Notes: a model not told the origin generated them from the letters alone. A stretch of 64,000 bases of DNA from Oscillospiraceae bacterium (GCA_017522015.1 JAFXAW010000027.1:36062-100061); one strand, 5' to 3'. Positions 27,204 to 37,721 are shown, counted from the first letter of the stretch. A program made the numbers and translations.

Positions 27204-29675
27204 TTAAGCTCTGTATTCTCCCCACTTCCACTCGCGAATTTCAGGGAGGTCTTCGCCGTAGCGACGGATATGCTGCTTATGCGTAACCAACTTGTCCTTC
27301 ATCCGCTGGACGAGACCGCTGCCGCTGTTTCCAAGCTGCGGCAGCAGCTGCACTGCGTCGATCACCAGATGGTAGCGGTCAAGCCGATTCTGCACGCGCA
27401 TATCAAAGGGCGTTGTAATAGAGCCTTCCTCGATATAGCCGCGCACGGTGAGGTTTCGGTTATGCCGGTGATAGGTCAGCTCGTGGATCAGTTTGGGATA
27501 GCCGTGAAAAGCGAAAAGGATGGGCTTATCCTTTGTGAAGACCGTGTCGTAATCCGCATCCGAAAGCCCGTGCGGATGCTCGGAAGCCGGCTGCAGCTTC
27601 ATCAGGTCAACGACGTTCACGACACGCACGCGCACACCCGGCAGCTCATGTCGCAGGATGTCCACCGCCGCCATGCATTCAATCGTCGGCTCGTCACCGC
27701 AGCCGACCATGACAATATCAGGCTCTGCGCCCTCATCATTGGATGCCCACCGCCAGATGCCGAGTCCCTGTGTGCAGTGACGGATGGCCTCGTCCATGTT
27801 CAGAAACTGTGTGCGCGGATGCTTGGAGGCGACAATCACATTGACATAGTTGCGGCTGCGGATACAGTGGTCAAAAGTGCTGAGCAGACAGTTGGCATCC
27901 GGCGGCAGATAGAGCCGCACGACGTCGGCCTTCTTGCTTGCAACATGGTCAAGAAAACCGGGGTCCTGATGCGTGAAGCCGTTGTGATCCTGCGCCCACA
28001 CCGTGGACGAGAGCAGGAAGTTGAGCGAGGCGATGCTCCGCCGCCACGGGATGTCGTTGCACATCTTGATCCACTTCGCGTGCTGTGAGACCATGGAGTC
28101 CACGATGCGGATGAACGCCTCGTAAGAATTGAACAAGCCGTGTCGCCCAGTGAGCAGGTAACCCTCCAGCCAGCCCTCGCACATGTGCTCGGAGAGCATG
28201 GAGTCCAAAACCCGTCCCTCCCGCGCGAGAAATTCATCGCTTTCGTATCTCTCCCCGGAAAAGACGCGATTTGTCTCCTCAAAGACTGCCGTGAGCTTGT
28301 TGGACATGGTCTCGTCAGGTCCAAAAATGCGGAGATTATTCTCCTCCCTGTTCAGCCGCAGAATGTCGCGGATGAAGCTTGCAAGCACAGGCATATCCTG
28401 CGCCTCCGTGCCGCCGGGATGCGGCACCGTGATGCCGTAATCCCGAAAATCCGGCATGCGCAGTTCACGCAGCAGCAGGCCACCGTTGGCATGGGGATTT
28501 GCCCCCATTCGTCTGTAACCGGTGGGCGCAAGGGACAGGATCTCCGGCAACGGTGCGCCGTTTTCGTCAAACAGTTCCTCCGGGCGATAGCTCTTCATCC
28601 AGGCTTCCAGCATCGGAAGGTGCTCCGGCCGATCCATCGAAATCGGCACCTGGTGCGCGCGGAAGCTGTCCTCAACCTGTTTGCCGTCAACCTTCTTCGG
28701 GCCCGTCCAGCCCTTTGGCGTGCGCAGAACAATCATCGGCCAGCAGGGACGGGTGTAATCGCCCTCAACACGCGCGGCATGCCAGATGGCGTGAATGTCC
28801 GCAATAACAGCGTCGAGTGTGTCTGCCATAAGGCGGTGCATCGTCATGGGGTCATTGCCCTCGACAAAATAAGGCTTCCATCCATAACCACGCAGGAGAC
28901 TCTCCAGCTCAGAGTGTGGGATTCGTGATAGAATTGTCGGATTTGCGATCTTATAGCCGTTGAGGTGCAGTATCGGCAGTACCGCTCCGTCCCCAGCCGG
29001 ATTGAGGAACTTATTGCCATGCCATGCCGCGGCGAGAGGGCCGGTCTCCGCCTCGCCGTCTCCGATGATGCAGGCAGCGATCAGCTCCGGATTGTCAAAT
29101 ACCGCACCAAACGCGTGGGAGAGCGAATAACCAAGCTCACCGCCTTCGTGAATGGAGCCGGGCACCTCCGGCGAGACGTGTGACTGCACACCGCCGGGGA
29201 ATGAAAACTGGCGAAACATTCGCTTCATGCCTTCAGCATCACGGCTGACATTTGGATAAACCTCGCTGTACGAACCGTCCAGCCAGTCCTGTGCGATGAA
29301 AAAATTGCCGCCGTGACCGGGGCCCGAGATATAGATCATGTCGAGATCATAGGTCTTGATGGCGCGGTTTAAGTGCGTAAAGATGAAATTCTGCCCCGGC
29401 ACCGTGCCCCAGTGACCGACAATTTTGCGCTTGATGTGTTCCGGCTTCAAAGGCTCTCGCAGCAGCGGGTTATCCAGCAGATAAAGCTGTCCTACCGAGA
29501 GGTAGTTTGAAGCGCGCCACCAGGCGTCCAGCTTTTTGAGGGTTTCCTCGTCACAGGGCACAGGATTGAAAGTCTTTGCAGTCCCGGCTTTGCCCGCCTG
29601 AATGTTTCCGTGCAAAGATTTCTCTGCATCTGTGTCGCCGTACAGGTGCCTGAGCGTGTCCGTATTGCTGTACAT
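27204..29675 (-). CDS. xfp: xylulose-5-phosphate/fructose-6-phosphate phosphoketolase
   Basis: ORF 27204-29690(-). ATG 29675 follows [35 protein letters not shown] and GDGEAETG motifs of XFP. Confidence 0.94.
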   Translation of the reverse strand: MYSNTDTLRHLYGDTDAEKSLHGNIQAGKAGTAKTFNPVPCDEETLKKLDAWWRASNYLSVGQLYLLDNPLLREPLKPEHIKRKIVGHWGTVPGQNFIFTHLNRAIKTYDLDMIYISGPGHGGNFFIAQDWLDGSYSEVYPNVSRDAEGMKRMFRQFSFPGGVQSHVSPEVPGSIHEGGELGYSLSHAFGAVFDNPELIAACIIGDGEAETGPLAAAWHGNKFLNPAGDGAVLPILHLNGYKIANPTILSRIPHSELESLLRGYGWKPYFVEGNDPMTMHRLMADTLDAVIADIHAIWHAARVEGDYTRPCWPMIVLRTPKGWTGPKKVDGKQVEDSFRAHQVPISMDRPEHLPMLEAWMKSYRPEELFDENGAPLPEILSLAPTGYRRMGANPHANGGLLLRELRMPDFRDYGITVPHPGGTEAQDMPVLASFIRDILRLNREENNLRIFGPDETMSNKLTAVFEETNRVFSGERYESDEFLAREGRVLDSMLSEHMCEGWLEGYLLTGRHGLFNSYEAFIRIVDSMVSQHAKWIKMCNDIPWRRSIASLNFLLSSTVWAQDHNGFTHQDPGFLDHVASKKADVVRLYLPPDANCLLSTFDHCIRSRNYVNVIVASKHPRTQFLNMDEAIRHCTQGLGIWRWASNDEGAEPDIVMVGCGDEPTIECMAAVDILRHELPGVRVRVVNVVDLMKLQPASEHPHGLSDADYDTVFTKDKPILFAFHGYPKLIHELTYHRHNRNLTVRGYIEEGSITTPFDMRVQNRLDRYHLVIDAVQLLPQLGNSGSGLVQRMKDKLVTHKQHIRRYGEDLPEIREWKWGEYRA

Positions 29676-29857
29676 ACATATCCTCCTCATTCATTGCAAA
29701 CAGGTACCGCCGCCATTGGCAAGGCGCCTGTCTTGATATTCACCTTGAAATTTTTCACTAAATCTGAAAATAGCACTTTACTCTTGCTCTAATATTTGTT
29801 AAAATACAAAAAGAATGCAAACATTCCAGCGGAAATCACTATAAAGGAGAAATCAAG

Positions 29858-30922
29858 ATGGAAAGAATCAAGTTTGATCCGAAAGAACTGGAGCCCGTTG
29901 GCTACACCGGCGGCAGCGCTTATACGCCCCCCATGCCGATTTACGGTTATCCGATCACTCCCAAGCAGAACTTCGAGCTGTTGCTCAAGGGCGAGACGCC
30001 CCTGTGGCATCCTCAGTCCACCGAAATCCTCCTGTTCATGCCCGAGTGCGTGCCGGATAACTGGGCCCGTGGCCTGGTCAGCGCCACCCGTCCCGTGGAT
30101 CGCGAGAAGGATTACGGCGGCATCGATATGTTTGGCGTTGAGTGGGAATACGTTCCTGCTGTCAATGGTTCCATGGTTCGTCCCGGCAAGCCCTTCGTTG
30201 CGGATCTCGATCATTGGGAAGATTATGTCCAGATTCCCGATTTTGATGCCTGGGATTGGGAAGGCTGCTACGAGGCCTCCAAGGATAAGCTCACCGACGG
30301 CCGCATGATTAAGGTTTCTGTGCTCTCCGGCCTGTTCGAGCGTTTGATCTCCTTCATCGACATGACCGACGCCATGATCTCCCTCGTGGATGAGGATGCA
30401 CAGCCCGCCGTGCACCGCCTGTTTGACAAGCTCTGCGAAGTGTACGACAAGCTCTTCGAGAAGTTTGAGACCTATTTCCACCCCGACTTTGTCTGGTTCC
30501 ATGATGACTGGGGCAGCCAGCGCGCTCCCTTCTTCTCCGCCAACACCGTGCGCGAGATGCTCGCTCCCTACCTCAAGCGCATCGTTGATTCTGCGCACAA
30601 GCACGGCATGTACTTTGAGCTGCACTCCTGCGGCCAGGTCGAGTCCCTTGTTCCCGTCATGATCGAGTGCGGCGTTGACCTCTGGAACGGCCAGGATATG
30701 AACGACAAGGTCAAGATGGCGCAGATGTATGGCGACAAGATCATCGTGGACAGCCACCCCGAGTATCTGTCTGCCGACGCGACCGAGGAAGAGGCTGCTG
30801 CCAACATCCAGAAGTATCTGGATAAGTTTGCCGGCCTGCGCACCTATGCCAACCGCATGGGTGGCCATCCGAAGGATAACGAGCTGATCTACGCGCTCTC
30901 CCGCCAGATGCTCAATCCGTAA
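29858..30922 (+). CDS. uroporphyrinogen decarboxylase (URO-D) family protein, MtaA/CmuA-like methyltransferase candidate
   Basis: 354 aa with AAGGAG SD. The length and layout resemble URO-D-fold corrinoid methyltransferases, and an H-x-C motif (LHSCG) is present. The assignment is by recollection only. Confidence 0.6.
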   Translation: MERIKFDPKELEPVGYTGGSAYTPPMPIYGYPITPKQNFELLLKGETPLWHPQSTEILLFMPECVPDNWARGLVSATRPVDREKDYGGIDMFGVEWEYVPAVNGSMVRPGKPFVADLDHWEDYVQIPDFDAWDWEGCYEASKDKLTDGRMIKVSVLSGLFERLISFIDMTDAMISLVDEDAQPAVHRLFDKLCEVYDKLFEKFETYFHPDFVWFHDDWGSQRAPFFSANTVREMLAPYLKRIVDSAHKHGMYFELHSCGQVESLVPVMIECGVDLWNGQDMNDKVKMAQMYGDKIIVDSHPEYLSADATEEEAAANIQKYLDKFAGLRTYANRMGGHPKDNELIYALSRQMLNP

Positions 30923-30956
30923 GCGGAAAGCAAAACAACACACAAAGTATAAAATA

Positions 30957-30992
30957 AGCGGCACGACCAAACAAGGTTGTGTCGCTTTTTAA
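30957..30992 (+). terminator. intrinsic terminator
   Basis: A 12-bp stem pairs AGCGGCACGACC with GGTTGTGTCGCT (two G-U pairs), followed by TTTTT. Confidence 0.75.
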
Positions 30993-31018
30993 TTCTTTAT
31001 CAAACACACAAAAGGTCT

Positions 31019-31624
31019 TTATTCTTCTCCGTATCGTACAACGCGGCGCAAGTCGCGCAGCGTAAAAGGCAAACCGTCCTCAGACGGCGCTGTGACACAA
31101 GTATAGCCCTGCAGGTTCTTCACAATCGTGTCGTAATACGCCACGTGCGGTCGCGCGAATCGCTCAAACACCGACATAAGCGTGCCGCCATGCACGACAA
31201 AGACCGCCTCCGGCGCGCCGCAGCGCGACTCATTTTTAATGACCTCGGCAAAGCAGGCGCAAACTCGACCGGCGTATTCCTCCATGGATTCCCCATCCGG
31301 ACACTTCCCTGTGCAGCCCGTATCCACCCAAGCGCGGTAGGCTTCATCGTGCTCCATATCGTCCGCGCTGCGTCCCTCGAATACACCGAAATCCATCTCC
31401 CGCAGTTCGGGCAGAACAATCTGCTCTGCATTCGGAAAGAGAATTTTCGCCGTCTCCTGCGTACGGCGGAGGGAAGAAACAAACACTTTCCGCACCGTCG
31501 GGCTCGTGCCAATCTCCCGCGCTGCCGCAGCACCCTCCGCGCTGAGCGGCTCGTCCGTCCGGCCAAGGTAGAGTCTCTTTGCGTTCGCCGCAGTCGTGCC
31601 GTGGCGCAGCATCCAGATTCTCAC
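31019..31624 (-). CDS. cobC: histidine phosphatase family protein, alpha-ribazole phosphatase candidate
   Basis: ORF 31019-31705(-). GTG 31624 (GTGA overlap with the upstream stop) gives VRIWMLRHGTTAAN with the RHG motif. Its position as the last gene of the B12 salvage operon supports the CobC role. Confidence 0.78.
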   Translation of the reverse strand: MRIWMLRHGTTAANAKRLYLGRTDEPLSAEGAAAAREIGTSPTVRKVFVSSLRRTQETAKILFPNAEQIVLPELREMDFGVFEGRSADDMEHDEAYRAWVDTGCTGKCPDGESMEEYAGRVCACFAEVIKNESRCGAPEAVFVVHGGTLMSVFERFARPHVAYYDTIVKNLQGYTCVTAPSEDGLPFTLRDLRRVVRYGEE

Positions 31625-31974
31625 GGCAATTCCCCCTTGATCGCCATCGGAATTCCGCAGACCAGCCGCACAACCGTCTCTGCGCGCTGCGCGAGCTGAT
31701 TGCACAGCCGTCCCGTGCGCTCCCGTCCAAGACGGATCTTTGTATCCGTCGGAATCACGCCGCTGCCAACCTCCGCGCAGATGACAAGCTCTTTCGCGCT
31801 GAGCGGCTCCAGCAGCGCGTCGGCTGCGTCCGGATCTGCAAAAACGAGCTTCTCAACATGGCAAATTGCGCGGCGTTCATCGAGAACGCCGTCTGCAATG
31901 TCCTCCGGCGCATAGCCAAGCGTCTGCGCATAGCTGCGCTTACCGGCGCCATCCGCGCCAACAATCAAAATCAT
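31621..31974 (-). CDS. short CobU-like P-loop protein (117 aa)
   Basis: The real start is ATG 31974 (ATGA overlap with cobS), MILIVGADGAGKRSY. The C-terminus RLVCGIPMAIKGELP parallels the full-length CobU (ELVCGIPIVLKGELP). The central roughly 55 residues are missing. Confidence 0.6.
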   Translation of the reverse strand: MILIVGADGAGKRSYAQTLGYAPEDIADGVLDERRAICHVEKLVFADPDAADALLEPLSAKELVICAEVGSGVIPTDTKIRLGRERTGRLCNQLAQRAETVVRLVCGIPMAIKGELP

Positions 31975-32747
31975 AACCCCAACAACCTTTCCGAAATCAC
32001 CACACCGAGCAGAAGAACCAGCTCGCTCGCGGTGATGAGATAGCCGGCGATGTCGCCGGACATGCCGCCGAATTGCCGGCGGGACATAAAATATGTGTAG
32101 ATCAGACAGAGCAGAGAAAGCAGAAGCGATATCCCTGCGGCAAGGAGCGAGAGAAACGCCATTCCTGCAATGCAGAGCGCAATCCAGACAAACAGAATGA
32201 CTGCGCTGCTCTTTTTCTCCGCCGCGCCGCGGAAGGTCGCGAGCAAGCCCGTCTCCCCCGCACCGGGGAAGCACACGGAGGCCAGCGCCCCAAGACTTCT
32301 GGCAAGAATATGCGTGATACCAATCAGCCAGATCGTTTCCCGGTTTTGACTCAGCTCCGTACTGATCGCAGCATAGAGCAGAAACCAGCCGACAAGGTAA
32401 ATAACCGCAAATGCGCCCGTGTGGGAATCCTTCAAAATCTCACGCTTACGCTGCGGCTCCGCGTGACTGGAGAGCGCGTCCGCCGTATCGGCAAAGCCGT
32501 CCAGATGTACAGCGCCGGAAATCAGCGCGGGCAGCACCGTCAGCCCTGCGGCAAAGAGCACATCCCCAAAGCCCAGCGCACGGCTCACAAGCAACCAGAG
32601 CCAAAGCACGAGACCGATGACGAGCCCGACAAAGGGAAGACAGCAGAGCATGTAGCGCATATTTTCCTTCTTCCAGTCCAGCCGCGGCATCGGGATGATG
32701 GAGAACATGGCAAAGCTCATGCCGAGCGAGGCGAAAAAAGTCTTCAT
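31971..32747 (-). CDS. cobS: adenosylcobinamide-GDP ribazoletransferase (cobalamin synthase)
   Basis: ATG 32747 (ATGA overlap with cobU), MKTFFASLGMSFAMFSIIPMP. Polytopic, with the CobS DGFADT motif. Confidence 0.88.
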   Translation of the reverse strand: MKTFFASLGMSFAMFSIIPMPRLDWKKENMRYMLCCLPFVGLVIGLVLWLWLLVSRALGFGDVLFAAGLTVLPALISGAVHLDGFADTADALSSHAEPQRKREILKDSHTGAFAVIYLVGWFLLYAAISTELSQNRETIWLIGITHILARSLGALASVCFPGAGETGLLATFRGAAEKKSSAVILFVWIALCIAGMAFLSLLAAGISLLLSLLCLIYTYFMSRRQFGGMSGDIAGYLITASELVLLLGVVISERLLGL

Positions 32748-33268
32748 ATCGGCAACTCCCCTTTCAGCACGATCGGAATGCCGCACACCAGCTCGGCCAC
32801 AGCGTCCGCACGCGCGGCAAGGGCGGCATTGATGCGTCCCATAACGCGGATATATTCCTTCACGCTCTCCGGATAATCCCCGTCATCGCTTCCGACGTCA
32901 TTGGTCACGATGACCAGGTTGTCACTCTGCCTGCGCAGCGCCTCCACCCCTGCCATCACGCGCGGATAGGGGTCGGAGACATTCCCCATGTCGTCATACA
33001 TCTCGTTTGCGGTAAGGTTGCAGATGCACTCGAGTAATACGGTGCCGCGCTGCGGCAGGACGAGATTTTCCACATCCGTATAGCGCTCAAAGGTCTCAAA
33101 GCCTTTACCCCGACGAAGAACGCGATGCCGGGCGATCTTTTCCTCGCTCCCCTCGCCGAAGGGACGCATGGCTGCGATATACCAGCGAGGAGACGGGAAC
33201 TGCACGCACAGCTTCTCGGCATAGGAGCTTTTCCCGCAGCCGGAACCGCCGGTCAGAAGGATCATCAT
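32744..33268 (-). CDS. cobU: bifunctional adenosylcobinamide kinase / adenosylcobinamide-phosphate guanylyltransferase
   Basis: 174 aa. P-loop GGSGCGKSS, an ARHR His region, and overall CobU/CobP length. Confidence 0.88.
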   Translation of the reverse strand: MMILLTGGSGCGKSSYAEKLCVQFPSPRWYIAAMRPFGEGSEEKIARHRVLRRGKGFETFERYTDVENLVLPQRGTVLLECICNLTANEMYDDMGNVSDPYPRVMAGVEALRRQSDNLVIVTNDVGSDDGDYPESVKEYIRVMGRINAALAARADAVAELVCGIPIVLKGELPI

Positions 33269-34359
33269 CGCTTATCCCCCTCCTGCAGCTCATATTGTGC
33301 AATGCCGCTCTCCTGAAAAGCGGCGGCATCGTGATAAACGGAAAGCGCAAGATCCAGCAGCGGGATAAGGCAGACAGCTCCTGTGCCTTCGCCGAGCTTG
33401 AGATCGGCATAGATGGAAGCGCGCAATCCAAGCTCGTCCAGAATCATCTGCGCAGCCGGTTCGGCGGAGCAATGGCTCGCCAGCATGGCGCAATTGGCAT
33501 TCGGGCAGAGACGGTAGGCAATCAGCGCCGCGATGGAGCTGATGAGCCCGTCAATCAAAACCGGAACGCGGTAGAGCGCACCGCCGAGGAAAATACCCGT
33601 CATACCCGCGATGTCAAAGCCGCCGAGCTTGTGCAGCACATCCAGCGCATCTTCCGGATTGGGTTTATTGGCCTCCACCGCGCGCGCGATTACAGCCTTT
33701 TTCCGCTGAAGCCCGGCATCCGAGAGCCCCGCACCGCGGCCGGTTACCGTTTCCACCGGCAGATGCAGCAGCACAGACGCAACGGCGCTCGAAGTCGTCG
33801 TGTTCCCGATGCCCATCTCCCCCGTTGCGATAAGCTCAACGCCAGCTTCCTTGCACTCACGGACAAGCTCTATGCCGCAGAGAATGGCCTGAAGCGCCTG
33901 CTCGCGCGTCATTGCCTCCCCAACGGCGATATTGCCGGTGCCGCGTGCGATATGACAGTCCCGCACGCCGGGCACGGCACTGAGCATACCCATATCCACG
34001 GGTATGACCTCCGCGCGGGCGGTCTTTGCCATGCTGCACACGCTTGTGCTGCCGCGCAGCAGCTCACCTGCCACAGCAGCGGTAATGGAGGCATCCGACT
34101 GCGTGACGCCCTCGCAGACAACGCCGTTGTCCGCGCAGAGCACAAGGACAGCGCGCTTGTCAATGCGCACATCCACGTTGCCCGTGAGAGCCGCGATGCG
34201 CGTGACGAGCGTTTCCAATTGCCCCAGTCCGCGCAGAGGTTTGGAGATACCGTCCCAATGCGCCTGTGCCGCGGCGGTAACCGTCTCATCCGCCGGGGCG
34301 ATGCGTCCGATCAGCTCAGTGAGCCTCAACTCCAAAGAATTCTTATTGGAGAGATTCAT
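33265..34359 (-). CDS. cobT: nicotinate-nucleotide--dimethylbenzimidazole phosphoribosyltransferase
   Basis: 364 aa with AGGAGG SD. GEMGIGNTT motif. Confidence 0.93.
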   Translation of the reverse strand: MNLSNKNSLELRLTELIGRIAPADETVTAAAQAHWDGISKPLRGLGQLETLVTRIAALTGNVDVRIDKRAVLVLCADNGVVCEGVTQSDASITAAVAGELLRGSTSVCSMAKTARAEVIPVDMGMLSAVPGVRDCHIARGTGNIAVGEAMTREQALQAILCGIELVRECKEAGVELIATGEMGIGNTTTSSAVASVLLHLPVETVTGRGAGLSDAGLQRKKAVIARAVEANKPNPEDALDVLHKLGGFDIAGMTGIFLGGALYRVPVLIDGLISSIAALIAYRLCPNANCAMLASHCSAEPAAQMILDELGLRASIYADLKLGEGTGAVCLIPLLDLALSVYHDAAAFQESGIAQYELQEGDKR

Positions 34360-34380
34360 ACCTTGTGCCTCCTACGCCTG

Positions 34381-35136
34381 TTATTCCCATTGGGAAAGGA
34401 GCATCCGCATCCAAGCGGAGACCTCCATATCATAGACCGAATCAAGCTTTTCCGGACAGATCACCTCGTCAACCGTGCCCCATGCCACACGCTCGCCGTG
34501 ATGCATCAAAACGGCGTGGCTGCCAAATGCCTTGGCAAGTGACAGATCGTGCACAACGGACACAACGGCGCGCCCGGGCTGCTTCAGCCACTCGGAAATC
34601 AACTCAAACACCTGCTTCTGATAGACCAGGTCAAGATGGTTCGTCGGCTCGTCAAGCAGCAGAAGCCGCGGTTGCTGGGCGAGCACCTGCGCCAGAAAGG
34701 TGCGCTGCAGTTCTCCGCCCGAGAGTGTCAGTACGCTTTGCTTGCGCTGAGAAGTAAGTCCTGTCGCGGCGAGTGCTTCCTCCACCGCGTCCTCATCCTC
34801 CTGCCGTCTGCCGCCAAGCAGACCGCCGGAATGCGCATATCGCCCGAGTCGGACAACCTCCTCCACCGTGAAGGAATAGCTTACATAGTGATTCTGCGAG
34901 AGCACCGCCATGTGCTGCGCGCGCTCCGTAGCCTTATAATCGCGTATGTTGCGCCCCTCAAGCAAGATTTCTCCACTGTAAGGAAAGGCCTGCGTGATCG
35001 CACCGAGTGCGGTGGTTTTTCCTGCACCGTTGGGGCCGACGATCATCAGCCACTGCCCCGCTTCCACACTGCAGTTCAGCCCGCTGACGATGGAGGTTTT
35101 GCCGAAACGGACACTCAAATCCCGAATTTCCAGCAT
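34381..35136 (-). CDS. btuD: ABC transporter ATP-binding protein (cobalamin / iron-complex type)
   Basis: Walker A GPNGAGKTT, signature LSGGELQR, Walker B LLLLDEP. It lies in the riboswitch-controlled operon. Confidence 0.85.
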   Translation of the reverse strand: MLEIRDLSVRFGKTSIVSGLNCSVEAGQWLMIVGPNGAGKTTALGAITQAFPYSGEILLEGRNIRDYKATERAQHMAVLSQNHYVSYSFTVEEVVRLGRYAHSGGLLGGRRQEDEDAVEEALAATGLTSQRKQSVLTLSGGELQRTFLAQVLAQQPRLLLLDEPTNHLDLVYQKQVFELISEWLKQPGRAVVSVVHDLSLAKAFGSHAVLMHHGERVAWGTVDEVICPEKLDSVYDMEVSAWMRMLLSQWE

Positions 35137-35138
35137 GA

Positions 35139-36170
35139 TCAGCTCCCCTTTCTTGTGTTGAAGAAGATCACAACAAACACCACAGCGCCGACAATACTGG
35201 TCACAACGCCGATGGGCAGCTCCTGCGGGCGGAAAACAACGCGCGCAACAAGGTCAGCCAACAGCAGAAAGATCGCGCCGCCAAACAGACAGGCCGGAAT
35301 GAGTCGCTTCTGATTCGGGCCGACAAGCATCCGCAGCATATGCGGCGTGACAAGGCCGACAAAACCGATCGTTCCGCCGACCGAGACGCAGACGCCGATC
35401 AGAACCGAGACCGTGATGAGCACCACGAGCTTCGTCCGCTGAACGTTCACGCCGATGTTGCGGGCATTTTCCTCACCGACAGCAAAGGCGTTCAGTTCCC
35501 GCGCATGACAACGCAAAATCGTGGCACACACGACGAGCACACCGCCGAGCAGCAGCGCGTTCTGATAGCTCGCGCCGGTGAGGGAACCCATCGTCCAGAA
35601 CGTGATATTCTGGATGCGCTCCGGAGAAAAGGTGATAACTACGCTGATGCCGCTGGAGGCGAACATGGAGAAGATAACGCCGATGAGGATGATCGTGTTT
35701 GTGGAAAGGGAGTTATCCAGTCGGCTGGACAGCCCCAGAATAATCAAAAGTGAGACGAGCGCGAAGATAGACGCCATCACGACCGTCCCGGCAAAGGGCA
35801 GCGAAGTAAAGCGAATACCAAAAGCGATGGCGAGCGCCGCACCGAGTGATGCACCCGATGATACACCGAGCGTTGTGCCGTCCGCAAGCGGGTTTTTCAG
35901 CAAGCCCTGCATCGTGCCGCCGCAGATGGAAAGCGCCGCGCCGGAAAAGGCCACGCACAGCACACGCGGCACGCGCGAGCTGAGAATGATGGAGGCGGAG
36001 AGTGCATTTTCTGCCGGGTTTCCGCTGATCGCGCCCCAAAGTACGCGCAGCGTTTCCCCCAACGGAAGATCAACGCTGCCAACGCAGATGCACAGAATCA
36101 GCGCTGCAATCAGCGCTGCACCAAAGAGCAGAAAATCCCGTAGGCAGAAGGATTCCTTATGTGCTTTCAT
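35139..36170 (-). CDS. btuC: ABC transporter permease, FecCD/BtuC family
   Basis: 343 aa and polytopic, with the FecCD-type conserved Gly-rich C-terminal segments. Confidence 0.85.
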   Translation of the reverse strand: MKAHKESFCLRDFLLFGAALIAALILCICVGSVDLPLGETLRVLWGAISGNPAENALSASIILSSRVPRVLCVAFSGAALSICGGTMQGLLKNPLADGTTLGVSSGASLGAALAIAFGIRFTSLPFAGTVVMASIFALVSLLIILGLSSRLDNSLSTNTIILIGVIFSMFASSGISVVITFSPERIQNITFWTMGSLTGASYQNALLLGGVLVVCATILRCHARELNAFAVGEENARNIGVNVQRTKLVVLITVSVLIGVCVSVGGTIGFVGLVTPHMLRMLVGPNQKRLIPACLFGGAIFLLLADLVARVVFRPQELPIGVVTSIVGAVVFVVIFFNTRKGS

Positions 36171-36236
36171 GGCTTAAAACCTCCGAATGCCGGGGCGCAG
36201 CGAAGCTGCACCCCGGCCTTTGTGTAACTTTTCAAG

Positions 36237-37196
36237 TTAATGCGCGGCGACAAAATCGTACAGCGCCCTTGCTCCATCCACCAGCCGCGGGCCGGGACGG
36301 GTAAGCTCGTCATTTTGCAGATTCAGCACAGCCTCGTTCTGCACGGCGGTAACATTCTCCCAGCCGTCACGGGCCAGAATCTCCTCCGTGGGCGTCGGGC
36401 CTTCGCCAAAATACATTGTATTTGAGACGATAACATCCGGGTTGCGTAGGAGCACCTGCTCCTCGCTGATCATGCCCCAGCCGTCTACTTCACCAAAGCA
36501 GTTTTTCAGCCCCATGAGGGTTGCAATCTCGTTCATAAAGGTGTTCTGTCCCGCGGTCCAGAGACCAAACTCCAGCGGGGAAACCTCAAAATACACGGTC
36601 TTTTCCCCGTCAAAGGCATTCTCGGCGAGTTCGGCAAGGTCGCTCTTCATCCCGTCCGTGAGTGCCTTGGCCTCGGACTCCTTGCCGAGCAGAACGCCGA
36701 TCATCTCGATGCACGCATACACGCCTTCAAGCGTGTCGGCGTTACTCATCACAACGGTGATTCCCGCCTGCTCAATCTGTGCGACCTGCTCCTGTGACTG
36801 ATCCATTGAGCTCATGAGCAGCACGTCAGGCTGCAGCGCGATGACCTGCTCAATGTTCGTCTCATAACCGGACTGGACAGCCGGCACTTCAAGCACCTCG
36901 GCGGGATAGTTACAATACTCGCCGCGGCCGATCACCAGATCTCCCGCGCCAAGGGCATAGACGATCTCACAGTCCGCCGCCGTGAGCACGACGATGCGGT
37001 CAGCCGGCTCGTCCAACCGGATCTCGCGTCCGAGCATATCCGTAAATTGGATGCCGGTTTCTTGGGTCTCGCCGCCCTCTGCGGCAGGGTCGGATGAGGT
37101 GTCAGGTTCTTTTTGCGTCCCCGTGCCACAGCCTGCAAAGCAGGCAAGCAGCAGACAGGCGACAAGCAGGATGCAGCAGGATCGGATGTGTTTCAT
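36237..37196 (-). CDS. btuF: ABC transporter substrate-binding lipoprotein (BtuF-like, Peripla_BP_2)
   Basis: ORF 36237-37334(-). The real start is ATG 37196, MKHIRSCCILLVACLLLACFAGC (lipobox). It lies downstream of the B12 riboswitch. Confidence 0.85.
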   Translation of the reverse strand: MKHIRSCCILLVACLLLACFAGCGTGTQKEPDTSSDPAAEGGETQETGIQFTDMLGREIRLDEPADRIVVLTAADCEIVYALGAGDLVIGRGEYCNYPAEVLEVPAVQSGYETNIEQVIALQPDVLLMSSMDQSQEQVAQIEQAGITVVMSNADTLEGVYACIEMIGVLLGKESEAKALTDGMKSDLAELAENAFDGEKTVYFEVSPLEFGLWTAGQNTFMNEIATLMGLKNCFGEVDGWGMISEEQVLLRNPDVIVSNTMYFGEGPTPTEEILARDGWENVTAVQNEAVLNLQNDELTRPGPRLVDGARALYDFVAAH

Positions 37197-37241
37197 TGGT
37201 GGTTTCCCCCTTAAATAAATTTTTACCGAACAGAGGGAAAC

Positions 37242-37270
37242 AAAAAAGCTCCCCATGTCTGAGGAGCAAG
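37242..37270 (-). terminator. candidate riboswitch expression-platform terminator
   Basis: On the minus strand, GCTCC..GGAGC forms a short 5-bp stem followed by TTTTTT. It lies between the aptamer and the btuF SD. Confidence 0.4.
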
Positions 37271-37334
37271 TAGAAAACGCAAAACCATAACGACCCATCC
37301 TGTTCAGGCCGCTACCTGTTCCCAGCAGATACAC

Positions 37335-37505
37335 ACACGTCAGGTCTCCCGGCTCTGCCTCATCCTACTCAGGCGTCTTCCCATCTTTCGACAGTGACTC
37401 AAATGCCCTTTCGTCTGCATTACGGTTACTGGGTTAGCTCGGAAATTTCATCCGATTCCCTCAAAGGTGTTGTTCACACAACGCATGCGCTATTCGGTTT
37501 ACTTT
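37335..37505 (-). promoter_or_regulatory. cobalamin (B12) riboswitch
   Basis: The minus strand reads ...GAGGGAATCGGATGAAATTTCCGAGC...GTCACTG...AGCCGGGAGACCTGAC. The last block is the B12 box (complement of 37339-37354). The element sits upstream of btuF. Its 5' boundary is approximate. Confidence 0.85.
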
Positions 37506-37721
37506 AGGATACTACAGTATTTTCAATAATGCAACAATTTTTTGCTTTATGATGTCATAACCACCTTCTGTTTTCCCTTACGCGAATACGCATTAAGGCG
37601 CGTTCTTATGCTGCGTCTCCCGAAACAACACTGATAACTTACAGACGATGCGAACCAACTTCAGAACGGGGAATCAGGAATTGCACTTCCCTTCCGCCAG
37701 AAGCGTAGCTTTCGGTTTTCT

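Noticed and set aside
37506-37721. About 215 nt of unassigned sequence between the B12 riboswitch and the putP terminator, considered as a possible sRNA or second aptamer.
   Set aside because: I see no recognisable conserved motif, stable structure or ORF with an SD. It most likely holds the btu operon promoter and spacer.
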